From NCBI GenBank assembly GCA_964016885.1, contig OZ024758.1, forward strand, positions 8,804,001 to 8,868,000: DNA of 64,000 nucleotides, written 5' to 3'. This document shows positions 1 through 14,703 of the stretch, one piece after another. The notes beneath the pieces are model-generated. The model did no database searches. It was not told the DNA's origin and was given only the letters and a program-made list of their open reading frames with translations. The DNA is from Eledone cirrhosa. Taxonomy: Eukaryota. Numbering within the stretch: the first letter of the stretch is position 1; every line of letters starts with the position of its first letter. Made by a program: the position numbers and the translations under genes.

Positions 1-410
1 TGGTGGTGGTAGTAATGTTGATGGTGGTGATGATGGTGGTGGTGGTAGTGGTAGTGGTGGTGGTGGTGGTAGTAATGTTGATGGTGGTGATGATGGTGGT
101 GGTGGTAGTGGTAGTGGTGGTGGTGGTGGTAGTAATGTTGATGGTGGTGATGATGGTGGTGGTGGTAGTGGTAGTGGTGGTGGTGGTGGTAGTAATGTTG
201 ATGGTGGTGATGATGGTGGTGGTGGTAGTGGTAGTGGTGGTGGTGGTGGTAGTAATGTTGATGGTGGTGATGATGGTGGTGGTGGTAGTGATGGTGGTGG
301 TAGTAATGTTGATGGTGGTGATGATGGTGGTGTTGGTAGTGGTAGTGGTGGTAGTAGTGGTGGTAGTGGTGGTAGTGATGGTAGTGGTGGTAGTAGTAGT
401 AGTAATCAAT
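1..410. repeat. (GTG/GTA/ATG)-based tandem repeat, 60-bp period
   Basis: The first four 60-base lines are identical. Confidence 0.95.
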
Positions 411-838
411 GTAGTTGTGATGCCATATCTGTTTAGAAAATAATTGTTTACTCTCCATTGTATGTTTACGTATGTCTACTGGATAAGTGGGGGGGGGGGT
501 CTTATGGGGCTGCCTTTATGTCATATCTATATCATGTGTATATATATATATAGATGTGTGTGTGTATATATATAGATATGTGTGTGTGTATATATATATA
601 TATGTGTGTGTATATATATATGTGTGTGTATATATACATGTGTACATATATATATATGAATATATATGTATATATGAATATATATGTGTGTGTGTGTATA
701 TATATATATATGTGTATGTATATATATGTGTATATATATATATACAAACATATATATATATATATATGAATATATATGTGTTTGTGTGTCTATGTATATA
801 TATGTATATATATATGTGTATGTGTGTGTGTGTCTGTC

Positions 839-884
<46 letters not shown>

Positions 885-1104
885 TATATACATGTCTGTG
901 CGTGTGTGGATATATGTATATATATATATATATGTGTGTGTATGTGTGTGTATGTGTGTATGTATGTGGGGGGGGGGGATATGTGTTCATGAGACAGAGA
1001 AAGACGGGGAGGGGGAGACGTTCATCATTTGAAATCCTTTGATTGAACTAATTGGCGATAAAACAGACGACACATACCGTTGATTAAAACATGGTGGGAA
1101 GAGG

Positions 1105-1785
1105 GGGGTGTAATGATAGAGGGGGGAGGGGTGACAGTAGTGGGGGGAGGAGAGGGTGAAGTAATGATAGTGGGGGAGACGGTGGTGACAGTAGTGGGGG
1201 GAGGAGGGGGTGTAATGATAGTGGGGGAGACGGTGGTGACAGTAGTGGGGGGAGGAGAGGGTGAAGTAATGATAGTGGGGGAGACGGTGGTGACAGTAGT
1301 GGGGGGAGGAGAGGGTGAAGTAATGATAGTGGGGGAGACGGTGGTGACAGTAGTGGGGGGAGGAGAGGGTGAAGTAATGATAGTAGGGGAGACGCTGGTG
1401 ACAGTAGTGGGGGAGGAGAGGGTGAAGTAATGATAGTGGGGGAGACGCTGGTGACAGTAGTGGGGGGAGGAGAGGGTGAAGTAATGATAGTGGGGGAGAC
1501 GGTGGTGACAGTAGTGGGGGGAGGAGAGGGTGAAGTAATGATAGTGGGGGAGACGGTGGTGACAGTAGTGGGGGAGGAGAGGGTGAAGTAATGATAGTGG
1601 GGGAGACGCTGGTGACAGTAGTGGGGGGAGGAGAGGGTGAAGTAATGATAGTGGGGGAGACGGTGGTGACAGTAGTGGGGGAGGAGAGGGTGAAGTAATG
1701 ATAGTGGGGGAGACGCTGGTGACAGTAGTGGGGGGAGGAGAGGGTGAAGTAATGATAGTGGGGGAGACGGTGGTGACAGTAGTGG
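1105..1785. repeat. G-rich 54-bp minisatellite (~12 copies)
   Basis: Unit gtgacagtagtggggggaggagagggtgaagtaatgatagtgggggagacggtg. Confidence 0.95.
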
Positions 1786-2012
1786 TGTCGGTTTAATCGA
1801 CCTTACATCTGCCCCCCACCCCCCACCCCACCCCCACCTAATATTATTGACCTTGTGCCCGAAACCATTATAATAGAAGAAGGGAGACTACTGGGAATAA
1901 TGCAGAACAATATTCTACATGTAATACACGTATGTTACAACAAAACAACACACATTGTACGCAGAATCACGTCTGTATATAAATATATCAACTAGACACA
2001 CATAAGACAATA

Positions 2013-2557
2013 CTGCATGCATCTGGAACACATGGAGGTGAGCCTAGTCTTTCACTTCATGCATCTGGAACACATGGAGGTGAGCCTAGTCTTTCACTGC
2101 ATGCATCTGGAACACATGGAGGTGAGCCTAGTCTTTCACTGCATGCATCTGGAACACATGGAGATGAGCCTAGTCTTTCACTGCATGCATCTGGAACACA
2201 TGGAGATGAGCCTAGTCTTTCACTGCATGCATCTGGAACACATGGAGATGAGCCTAGTCTTTCACTGCATGCATCTGGAACACATGGAGGTGAGCCTAGT
2301 CTTTCACTGCATGCATCTGGAACACATGGAGGTGAGCCTAGTCTTTCACTGCATGCATCTGGAACACATGGAGATGAGCCTAGTCTTTCACTGCATGCAT
2401 CTGGAACACATGGAGATGAGCCTAGTCTTTCACTGCATGCATCTGGAACACATGGAGGTGAGCCTAGTGTTTCACTGCATGCATCTGGAACACATGGAGA
2501 TGAGCCTAGTCTTTCATTGCATGCATCTGGAACACATGGAGGTGAGCCTAGTGTTTC
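2013..2557. repeat. 42-bp minisatellite (~13 copies), intronic
   Basis: Unit ctgcatgcatctggaacacatggagRtgagcctagtctttca. Confidence 0.95.
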
Positions 2558-2713
2558 AAGGGGAAACATTACACGTTGAAACGAGATAACATTTCAATGT
2601 GGTACAATAAACATTTTTTTCATGTTTGGAACTTAAAAAATGAACAAAATATTTTCATGCAGTCAGTTAATGTTTTTATGTGATTATTTAATTTGTGTGT
2701 TGTTCGGTTACAG

Positions 2714-2815
2714 ACTTGATGAGAGAAGTATTCTTCCGCCCAAGGACGTAGTCTCTCCAGATGTGACAGAACAGGTCTCATTAAAACTACTCTCAACTAA
2801 AACAGACAGTTCAGG
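2714..2815 (+). CDS. Internal coding exon (102 nt, phase 2/2) of the probable transcription-factor gene; xLDERSILPPKDVVSPDVTEQVSLKLLSTKTDSSG
   Basis: Acceptor ttacag|, donor GG|gtaggt; frame is open and phase-compatible with the exon at 6982. Unique sequence among repeats. Confidence 0.65.
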
Positions 2816-3095
2816 GTAGGTATTTTCAACAGCTAGAAATGGCGGACTGGAAATGACAACATATCAATAAGTCTCACTTCACTTTGACAAACGATGTGAC
2901 TGTAGTATTCGGTTCGCCATTTTGTACTTTCTTAAATAACTAACCTGATATCAGATATTGGCGATAACGTCGACAGCTGATATGAAGTTAGATTCCATTT
3001 TTTGTGTTTGAAATGAAAATTTTTTTTAAAATTACTCATAGTATACTATTCGTAGTAGTGGTGGTGGTGGTATACACACACACACACACACACAA

Positions 3096-3182
<87 letters not shown>

Positions 3183-3305
3183 AAGAAAAAACAATGGACT
3201 TTCTTTTATGTTTTTGTTTTTATTGAGTATCAGCCTGTTAAGCGCGTTTCGCATATGATTGGCTCAATGTCACATGTTGAAGCTATGAACACACGCGCAC
3301 ACACT

Positions 3306-3374
<69 letters not shown>

Positions 3375-3425
3375 TTTCCAATTCCAACCCGCCCGTCTCC
3401 TCAATCTATCTTATTTCTCATTCTT

Positions 3426-3461
3426 TCTTCTGATGAAGGACTAGCGTCCGAAACGTTAAGA
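3426..3461 (+). ncRNA. Minimal type I hammerhead ribozyme motif (Penelope-like pLTR type)
   Basis: TCTT-CTGATGA-A-GGAC-tagc-GTCC-GAAA-CG-TT-AAGA: full core, 4-bp stem II, palindromic stem III remnant, stem I TCTT/AAGA. Confidence 0.75.
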
Positions 3462-3641
3462 CCCTCTTCCGGCTATATCAAGCGTTAACCTAATATATAC
3501 CTTCCATATACTGCACCGATTGTGTTAGGTATTTAAGGACAGATTTCTATTTATAGAAGAAAAAAAACAGATATATAATAGCAGATAATAACTTAATTAT
3601 CTAGAAACGCTATCGGCATAAAAATAAATGATCTTTTTTAT

Positions 3642-3824
3642 AATTGTTTCTACTTTAGGCACAAGGCCAGCAATTACCCAGTGCATTACTGGTACTTTAT
3701 TTTATCGACCCCGTAAGGATGAAAGGCAAAGTCAACCTCGGTGGGATTTGAACTCAGATCGTAAAGGGACGTAACTATGCTGGAAAGCATGGCGTCCGAC
3801 CCTCTACCGATACTGCCAATCCAC
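3642..3824 (-). mobile_element. tRNA-derived Meta-domain SINE (short family)
   Basis: A box TGGCAGTATCGG, B box GAGTTCAAATCC, core gcctttcatccttacggggtcgataaaataaagtaccag; many near-identical copies in the window. Confidence 0.9.
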
Positions 3825-3828
3825 AATG

Positions 3829-4745
3829 TTATTCAATAAAGTCACCTTCAGCTTCAATAATTGCATCTATGTGAGATCGAAATCTTCTACAAGCCCGAAT
3901 TAAATGGTCCTGGTTCATATTGGATATTAGTCTGACTATGGTGGCTTTCAAAGAATCTTTGGTGTTATGGAGGTGTTCATTGACCCCTCTCTCTCAACAA
4001 CACTCCACATGTAGTAGTCCAATGGATTGAGATCTGAGGAGTTAAGAGGCCAAATGTTAGGGGTTATGTAATCATGAAAATTTTCAGCCATTCATTCCTG
4101 AGCCTTGTGTGGTGGTGCAGAGTCTTGCTGAAACACATAAAGCCTTTCATTATCCAGGACCTCAACGTAGACAGCAGAGTTAACTTTAAGATCTTGTGGA
4201 AAGAAGTGAGGAGGCTTTACATGTCATTCATTGCTGACAGCCCTAAACAACATGACAGTTGCAGGACTGTTGGAACTTCAGAAGGGTCTGCACAGAACCA
4301 TCTGTCATTTCTTTTGTTAAATTTCTGATCTTAGTCAAAATTTTTCTCATCTGAGAAAAACCAAACCACATAATCATCTGCTGGATTTTTAAGTTTATTT
4401 AAGAACCTTTTAGATCTGATTAAGCGATTTTCTTTTGTTTTTTTATAAATTGACCTATCCTCATCACATAAGACTGATATCTTCGTGGACAACATTTCTG
4501 ATGGTTCAGACATATGGAAATCTTTTGCAAGTGACCTCATGGATTTTCTGGTATTGTCATCAATGGTTTGCTGAACTTGATGGATAAATTCAGGTGTTCT
4601 GATGATGTCAGAGTGTTAGGAAATCTTTTTACTCTCTGATACTGCTGATACATTTTCATCTTCAGTCTCTTGTAGACGAAAGATCTGGCGACTTTTAAAA
4701 ATCGAGATATCTCTAAATTGCTATGCTCAGTCAGATTTATACGTG
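3829..4745 (-). mobile_element. Degenerate Tc1/mariner-superfamily (maT/DD37D-like) transposase
   Basis: Minus-strand fragments WFFSDEKNFD, IWPLNSSDLNPLDYY, …IRACRRFRSHIDAIIEAEGDFIE*; frameshifted and internally deleted. Confidence 0.85.
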
Positions 4746-4879
4746 TGGTTGTTGGGGCACTGGGATATATTAGTAACTGCCTCAGTACAAATCTTGAGAA
4801 GCTGTGCTTCACAGAAAGAGAAAGAACACGACTAGTTAGGAAATTAGGAAGTACAATCGATTAACCTCGGCGGTAATAA

Positions 4880-5325
4880 TATCATTAGGATAGCTACTGA
4901 TCTAGAAGACAGACACGGAATAAGGTCTGATATAAATCTCTCTCCCAGGGGAATTGGAAAATCCTATTCAATGCCCGAACACGATTAAAAAAATGGACCA
5001 ATCATAGAGAAAGTTGTGTATGGGTACCTGAGACGAAAACACAGACGATAGAGGGGATAAATCATTCAAAAAGCCTAGCATGGAGTTCCGACAAGTTTAT
5101 GACATCCCATCTTGAAGGATGTCTCTATGCAATACAGGAACAAGAAATTTCTACCAAATATCTGCTACACAAAAGAGGAGGGCCATCAGTCAACAATAAA
5201 TGTAGTCTATATAAAATAAAGATCGAAGATGTTAGCCATATTATTGCCAACTGTGATAGAGTGTCGTCTCGTTACTACCTCCCTATGAGGCACGATATGA
5301 TAGCTAGAACCATCTGGAACTAAAC
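4880..5325 (+). mobile_element. R4/Dong-like RLE non-LTR retrotransposon fragment
   Basis: AIQEQEI…KCSLYK…EDVSHIIANC…YYLPMRHDMIARTIW: degenerate CCHC knuckle followed by the RHD motif. Confidence 0.7.
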
Positions 5326-5579
5326 AAGGAGGACCACAGACAAAATCACAAGAACTTTTTTTTTTTTTTTGTCGAGGTCTTCTTGACAATTGATATATGT
5401 TGTGAAGTAGTCATATTTGAAGGAAACTCAGTCAATCAATAACATAGCTATCGATTAGTCAGTTTAGCTATTGATCTGTACATAAAAGTCCTTATTAAAC
5501 AATGGAGCAATGAAAGTCAATAATGGATGTAAACGGCCATCTTAATTGGTGTAATGCAAGCAGCTTCTCTGTGTATATA

Positions 5580-6915
<1,336 letters not shown>

Positions 6916-6981
6916 ACATCTGTAATTTTCTTTGATGTCTACATAACAATGCATTAATATATCTTTCGGTTTTCGTTTCAG

Positions 6982-7043
6982 GGACCATAGGTTAGCACTG
7001 AAGCGCCCGGGTGGCGATGAAAATGACGCCGACTTCAAAAAAG
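6982..7043 (+). CDS. Internal coding exon (62 nt), DHRLALKRPGGDENDADFKK(E)
   Basis: Polypyrimidine tract plus tttcag| acceptor; strong AAG|gtgaga donor; terminal G joins AA at 13262 to give Glu, in frame with the terminal exon. Confidence 0.8.
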
Positions 7044-7639
7044 GTGAGAACCACTCAGACAGTTTCTCTCAGCTATTGCATTAACTTCAACAGCCGACGT
7101 CACTAGTGATATCTCGGCAAGCCGAAACGAGATTTAGCGAGAGTTTCGCAGTTACCTTGCTAAAACCGACACCTTTCAACAACAGGGTGAATGGAGAAAT
7201 CCATGTCCTCTCGGGCCGAAACGTAGAAGTGGCATTCGATTTAAGAGCTCTCGTTTTTGTTATTGTTGTTGTTGTTGATATTGTTGTTATTGTTGTGGAT
7301 GTTGCTGCTGCTGTTGTTGTTGTTGTTCAGTATTGTTTTTAATATTTCTACATTTCCCTTTCATTTTCTGTCTTTCTTCTTCTTTTTCCGTTTCTTTATT
7401 GTTTTATTTTTTAAGATTAGAGTATTTTCTTGAAATATTAATGACCTTGCTAATTAAATATAAAGAGTTCTTGTCGGCAGTATCATTTTTTAAAAATATC
7501 GTCGCTAAGTCGCTTTACACTTCGACCGGCCTTTAATTAAATTTACAATTCAGTTAAGGCGGGTGCACACCTGTTCCCGGGAACTAGCTTTCGGTCGACA
7601 CCGCTTTGCTACAAATTATCTATTGTCTTTTAAGACATT

Positions 7640-7641
7640 AA

Positions 7642-7737
<96 letters not shown>

Positions 7738-8252
7738 TCTATCTATGTAGCTATATCTATATATATAGAGAGAGAGATAGATAGAACATATATATATGTA
7801 CATATATATATGTACATATATACATATGTATATATACATATACATATATATATATATATATACATACATATACACATATGTGTGGATATATATACATGTA
7901 TATATATATATATACATATATGTATGTATACATATATGTATATATACATATATATACCTATATACATACATATATGTATATACACATATATATACATATA
8001 TATATATACATATATACATTCATATATACATATGCATATATATATAAACATACACATATATATACATATATACATACATTTATGCATACATATATACATG
8101 TATACATACATATATACATATAGACACATATATATACATATCTATATACATATACATATATATATATATATACATATATATTTATATATATATATATACA
8201 TATATATAATTAATATATATATACATATACATATATATATATGCATATATAT

Positions 8253-8330
<78 letters not shown>

Positions 8331-8400
8331 GTATATATGTATATATACATATATGTATACATATATATATGTGCATATATATATACATGTATATATATAG

Positions 8401-8452
<52 letters not shown>

Positions 8453-8465
8453 TATATATATATAC
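7640..8465. repeat. Degenerate (TA)n microsatellite
   Basis: Direct reading. Confidence 0.95.
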
Positions 8466-8478
8466 GTTGAATTATATA

Positions 8479-8672
8479 GACGGTGAATTGGCAGTATTGG
8501 TACAGGGTCGGACACCATGTTTTGCAGCATAGAGTTACGGCCCTCTATGGTCTTAACTTTGCCTTTCATCCTAACAGGTTCGATAAAATAGAGTACCAGT
8601 AACGTACTGGGGCAGATTTAATCAACTTCCCCCTCTCCACAAATTGCTGGCCTTGTGCCTATACTAGAAATC

Positions 8673-8708
<36 letters not shown>
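8479..8708 (+). mobile_element. Meta-domain SINE, longer variant with (ATT)n tail
   Basis: Same head and core as the 3642 copy; B-box region deleted. Confidence 0.85.
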
Positions 8709-8710
<2 letters not shown>

Positions 8711-8771
8711 GCTCTGCTTAGTTCGAAACCTCCATACTACCTGGAAACTACACATCAAGTAAACCTACAGT

Positions 8772-8814
<43 letters not shown>

Positions 8815-8844
8815 GTGTGTATATATATCTATCTATCTATCTAT

Positions 8845-9295
8845 CTAAGGCGGGTAAAATTCCCGAGATCCATGGACGAGTTCTCTCCAGCGGTCTCTGT
8901 CCCTCATTATCGCTGCCATGTCCTGCGTCTCCAACAGGCCAATGTCTGTCCTTAGGGCATCAACATACGTTAACCTTGGTCTTCCTCTTCTAGTGTGTCC
9001 ATGTAGGGGCTCCCAAAGGAGCACTGAGTGCAATGTCAACTCTGGATGTCGGTGAGCATGTCCAGCTAACCTCAGTCTCCTCTGTGTCACTTTTGAGCTG
9101 ACCTTTGGGAGGCTCCCATACAGCTCTGAGTTTTTCATCCTCAGTGTATACTGATTAATGTTCAGAGCCATCCTCAGCATTCTCGTGTAGCACCCGTCCA
9201 CCATCTGAGTGAGTTTCTTGGTCAGTGTCTAAGTCTCAGACCCATACAGCAGCACAGACTCCACTACAACAATGAAGAGGCGGATTTTCAAGTCT
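8845..9295 (-). mobile_element. RTE-type LINE 3' fragment (RT C-terminus)
   Basis: VESVLLYGSET*TLT…DGCYTRMLR…RRLRLAGH…RRGRPRLTY motifs; in-frame stop. Confidence 0.85.
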
Positions 9296-9337
9296 CTACG
9301 AAGTTATATATATATGTGTATATATATATATATATAT

Positions 9338-9905
9338 AACGAAGGAGTTGTGGTAAGGAACCAGATGGACCATAATGCACCAGAGTACTCAATACTTAGG
9401 GTAGTAGAGTGGGTAATAGGAAAATGTATGACCCCGACGGCAGAGCTCAAGCCGTTGCGACGGCTATTTCTGGACTACCGCTATTTCTAGTCCAGAAATA
9501 CATTTTCCTATACCTTCCTCCCGTTTGACCTGTGCGAGATTCTTTCCTCACTCACACTTCGACCAGGTCGGATGGTCTTTATTCTCTCTCGTCTACGATT
9601 TCACAGAACTTATGTTCATCGATTTCAGGGACTTGACTCCTTCTTCCTCACTTTTCGTTCCATTACCATCTTTGCTTGTTTACTGTCTCGCTCGTTTCCC
9701 CTATTTACGTGTCCCAACGACTTTCTTTAGCCGTTGCTCGCACCAGCCGGAGGTATATGGTCTTTAAAGCGATGAAATACCAATGAAGGTTGGAAGATCA
9801 CTGATGAAGGACTAAATGTATTCATATGTAACCCATTTGCAACCACGCAGCACGCCATGTTTCATTTGGCTTCTTTGCTCACAATAATTTCTATACTTTT
9901 CATTT
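9338..9905. mobile_element. Unclassified insert between (TA)n runs, possibly Penelope-like terminal sequence
   Basis: Unique sequence bounded by TA runs; has CTGATGAAGGAC half-hammerhead at ~9801 without an intact GAAA half. Confidence 0.35.
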
Positions 9906-9927
9906 TTATATATATATATGTGTGTGT

Positions 9928-9980
<53 letters not shown>

Positions 9981-10524
9981 TATGCTATAACTATTCTATA
10001 TATAAATGCCTTGTACATTTATATTTACGAATATGTATATGTATGTACATACGCATGTATGTATGTTTGTTTGTTTGTATGTGTGTGTGTGTGTTTGTAT
10101 GTATGTATTATGCATGTACATACGTATGGATGTATGTTTGTATGTATGTATGTGTGTGTGTGTATATATGTATGTACGTATGTATGTTTGTGCTTATTTG
10201 CGTGTATGTATATATGTATACATATATATATTCATATATATATATATATATATATATACATATGTATATATGAGAGTGACCGTGATAGAGACAGGGTGAG
10301 AGAGAGAGGGGGGGAATGATGTATGTTGAGAAAGTAAGAATGAAAGAGTATGTGACAGTAAGAAAGAATGACCGAGAGAAAGAGAGGGGTGGAGATGGAA
10401 AGAGAGAGAATGTTTAGTATTGAGAAAGGAAGAATGAGAGAGATAGAGTCAGAGAGAGAGAGAATGAGAGTGGGAGAGTGGATGAGAGAGAGAGAGATAT
10501 ATATATATATATAGAGAGAGAGTG

Positions 10525-10566
<42 letters not shown>

Positions 10567-10588
10567 AGTGGGAGAGTGGATGAGAGAG

Positions 10589-10626
<38 letters not shown>

Positions 10627-10686
10627 TGGATGAGAGGGAGAGAGAGAGAGAGAGAGAGAATGAGAGTGGGAGAGTGGATGAGAGAG

Positions 10687-10738
<52 letters not shown>

Positions 10739-11144
10739 TGAGAGAGAGAGAGGGAGAGAGAGAGTTGCCGTCCAGCGTTGCTGGCAGCACAGTTTAATAA
10801 GTGAGCTGGTGACACTTAGTTGTAGGATGTCCAGCGGCCATCTTGTCACTTTGATAGGAAATCAGGAGGAGGTTGTGTGGGGGAAATGTGGCGGGGAAGG
10901 TGGTGTAGGTCGGTGGTGGGGAAGGTGGTGGTCGGCGGGGAAGGTGGCGGGAGAGGTGGTGGCGGGGATGAAGGTTAAAACTAGATTGTATGAGGAAAAA
11001 GATGAAGAGATAATGAAGAAAAGCTAATTAAATCATGTGAAAAGAGGAAGGTTAATTGAGAGAAAATGATATTAAGAAATAGTGGTGAGGGAATATTGGG
11101 GGAAATGTGTTAAATATGTGGAGAGATGAGACTGGCTTATGGTA

Positions 11145-11183
<39 letters not shown>

Positions 11184-11332
11184 GCTGTTGACGTTTGTCA
11201 TATTTGTGTGCAAAGAATATATATGTATATATGTATATATGTATAAGTGTATATATATATATATATATGTATATGTGTATGTATATGTATATATATATAT
11301 GTATATGTGTATGTATATGTATATGTATATAT

Positions 11333-11365
<33 letters not shown>

Positions 11366-11369
11366 AGTG

Positions 11370-11414
<45 letters not shown>

Positions 11415-11841
11415 ATGTATATGTGTATGTATATGCATATATATATATAAGTGTATGTATATATATATATGTATATGTATATATATATATGTGTGTGTGT
11501 GTGTATATATATATGTGTGTGTGCATATTTACATATATATATATATATATATATGATAAGCAGAAAAACATGCACACACACACGCGCACACGCACACACG
11601 CGCGCACGCGCACACATAAAAAAGTGGACTAGTTTCCGTTGAAAGCGTAGATTAACGTTTCTCAACCAATGTTCCCCGGTACCCTAGGGTTCCGCAAGAG
11701 GTCGCTAAGGGTTCCACAAAAAAACAGTCATAAATAAACTAATGCGTTTTTGAGTAATTTTTGTTTAATTTTATATTTGTAATTTTACTACACACATACG
11801 ACATATTGTTGGGAAATTACTATATATATATATATATATAT

Positions 11842-11993
11842 AATATGTTTCTACTTTTGGCACAAGGCCAGCAATTACCCAGTGCATTACTGGTACTTTA
11901 TTTTATCGACCCCGTAAGGATGAAAGGCAAAGTCAACCTCGGCAGGGTTTAGTACTCAGAATATAAAGGGACGTGTCCGACGTTCTACCGATT
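11842..11993 (-). mobile_element. Meta-domain SINE, partial
   Basis: Core and tail match the family; head has a deletion. Confidence 0.85.
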
Positions 11994-12000
11994 CTATGCA

Positions 12001-12296
12001 GGGGTTCCCTGAGATCTGATAATTCACGGGTTCTCTGAGATCTGATATTTCACGGGTTCCCTGAGATCTGGTATTTCACGGGTTCCCTGAGATCTGATAT
12101 TTCAAGGGTTCCCTGAGATCTGATATTTCACGGGTTCCCTGAGATCTGATATTTCACGGGTTCCCTGAGATCTGGTATTTCACGGGTTCCCTGAGATCTG
12201 ATAGTTAAAGGGTTCCCTGAGATCTGATATTTCAAGGGTTCCCTGAGATCTGATATTTCAAGGGTTCCCTGAGATCTGATATTTCAAGGGTTCCAT
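12001..12296. repeat. 26-bp tandem repeat (~11 copies)
   Basis: Unit gggttccctgagatctgatatttcaM. Confidence 0.95.
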
Positions 12297-12381
12297 AAAG
12301 GTAAAAAAGTTGAGAAACACTGCCAGGGATGATCCATGAGTATTTTACACGTGAATGTGTTTAAAACAAACATTGTAAAAT

Positions 12382-12446
<65 letters not shown>

Positions 12447-12801
12447 ATGAACACGTTGCAGGATGTGTATGTATGGATACGTATGTGAGTGTGCGTGTAT
12501 GTGTGTACGTGTTCATCTATGTGTGTGCGTGTGGTGTGTTAGTGTGCATGTATGTATGTACGTGTTCGTGTATGTGTGTACGTGTGCATGTGTGTGTGTG
12601 TGTGTACGTGTGCAAGGGCGGCGTAGCAAAGAACGGTAATTGTTTATAAGCGTAAAATTGGCAGGAGGGGGGGGAGAAAGGTGTAATACTGAGATGGGGA
12701 GGGAGAGAGTAAACAAGTGGGGAGGGGGGGAATGTTGGGTGACAATAAAGTGTAGAAGGAGGATGTGAAGGACACAATATGGTAGGAGAGAGGGGGGTAG
12801 A

Positions 12802-12871
<70 letters not shown>

Positions 12872-13261
12872 GAGAGAGAGCTCTCTTCTATCGTTACATC
12901 ACCTCAGCTTTTCCTGGACACTAAAGATTAGGAACTTGGAAACATTTCTTCTACCATAGACTCGAATGAACGTCTTAGTGTTCTGACATTGATCAATCTA
13001 AAAGACACCAGCATCAAGTACAGTCATTGGTTTAGTAGACACACACACACACACACACACACCCCCACCACCACCACCACACACACACACTACATGTGTA
13101 TGAGCTTCTACATATATTAGAAATGAATGTTCTTGTTATTTAGCCCCAGGTCAGCTTGATTGAGTTGATTTATGAATTCATATATTTTGATAATAGAGTT
13201 TCATTCGTTGTTGTTTTGTTTTTTTTTGTATTCAAAAATATTTTTGTTTTTTCTCCTACAG

Positions 13262-13926
13262 AATTGAACGTCACTAAGAAATCTCGGAGCGAAGAGGAAG
13301 GCAGCGAGAATAGCCAACACACGGGCGAGAACAAAGATGGCGTCAACGATAGTCTGTCAGATTCATCTGATGAAATACAGAGCGACAATCCTGACACAGA
13401 TCTTCCTCCCTGTCAGATACTGGAGAAGACATCACGTACTCTCAACTCCTCCGTCACCCTTACAAAGCCGTCGTTGACTATGTCACCAAACCCGGCACAG
13501 AATTTCACTTCGATGACCTCACAATGCCAGTACCTGAATGGAGGGCGTGGCTACACTCAAGCTTGCATGGGGGAGCAAATGTACTACCCTCACCATCCAA
13601 ATACGGGACGCTCGCCATCCAGTTCTTTCCTTCCGGTCACCACGTCTACACTACTTCCGCCGGTGTCATCCAGCCTCAGCTTACACCCTGTAAGTCCTCA
13701 ATTGCAAGCATGTCGTCTTTCTGGACAGACTAACGCATGTGCACTGGCTCAAAGCACTTCTCACTTGAACCCAGCCACCCAGGGCTATGCTATTCGGACT
13801 TCTCCACAGCAGAACCATCCGTCATTGCCATCGTGCACCTATATGCAGACTGCCCAACCTTATCCAACAACGTTGACACCCAACGTTCACATGATGAACA
13901 TGAACTTTACAGGACCTATGGCGTGA
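13262..13926 (+). CDS. Terminal coding exon, ~221 aa, acidic then Ser/Pro/Thr/Gln-rich (…HPSLPSCTYMQTAQPYPTTLTPNVHMMNMNFTGPMA*). Probable transcription-factor C-terminus; T-box family is only a guess
   Basis: Only long non-repetitive ORF in the window. Acceptor tttttctcctacag| at 13261, TGA at 13924-13926. Composition resembles a transactivation domain, with a basic KRP…KK…KKSR stretch as possible NLS. No DNA-binding domain in the window. Confidence 0.85.
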
Positions 13927-14386
13927 CAGTATATCCAGGTTGCCTACAGGTGGCGACACTGTATAGAAAATAATTAAATGAAAGCAAACCCTATGAAGAT
14001 CACACCACGTACAGGTGTTTTCTTCAATCGGAAAATTCAAGGTTATATCTATAGAGACAAAAGATACGAAAGACTAACAGACAATTGGTTTTACAAACGA
14101 AATTTTAAAAATATAAGCTAAAATACAAAAAAAGGTATTGAATAAGGGATGAAGATCTCTGAGCAGACGATTACATTTTCACGTTACAATTTTGAGAAAA
14201 GTTTCATTTGTTAAAAAAACATAAATCACTTGATGGAGTTGTTCGTTAGAAATTATACAATTACCACAGACACCACATATAAACAGGAAAGGCTATGCCT
14301 AAACATACACACACATTGTGTATATATATATGTATATACATATATACATATATAAACATATATACATATATATATACATATATATA

Positions 14387-14420
<34 letters not shown>

Positions 14421-14703
14421 TGTATATATACATATATGTATACATACATACATATATATATACATATATGTATATATACATATATGTATACATACATACA
14501 TATATATATACATATATGTATACATACATACATATATATATATATATACATATATATACACATATATATATATATACATATATGTATATATACATATATG
14601 TATACATACATATATATATGCATATATGTATACATACATATATATATGCATATATGTATACATACATTTATATATATGCATATATGTATATATATACATA
14701 TAT

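Larger units (their letters stand above)
11657..12322. mobile_element. Non-autonomous hAT (Charlie-like) element with an internal SINE and a 26-bp subterminal array
   Basis: Ends gtttctcaac…/…gttgagaaacactg (TIR CAGTGTTTCTCAAC); gggttcc subterminal motifs. Confidence 0.7.

Noticed and set aside
3-1430. Poly-Val, YI and VC ORFs here and throughout the window
   Set aside because: Translations of microsatellites and minisatellites.
2017-2589. 190-aa ORF of 14-aa repeats
   Set aside because: A 42-bp minisatellite open on both strands, lying in an intron, with no coding evidence.
7105-7135. Hammerhead at ggc-aa-gcc-GAAACG
   Set aside because: No CUGANGA and no UH triplet.
13156-13261. N-terminal part of the 256-aa ORF
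   Set aside because: This is the intronic polypyrimidine tract; the exon starts after the AG at 13261.
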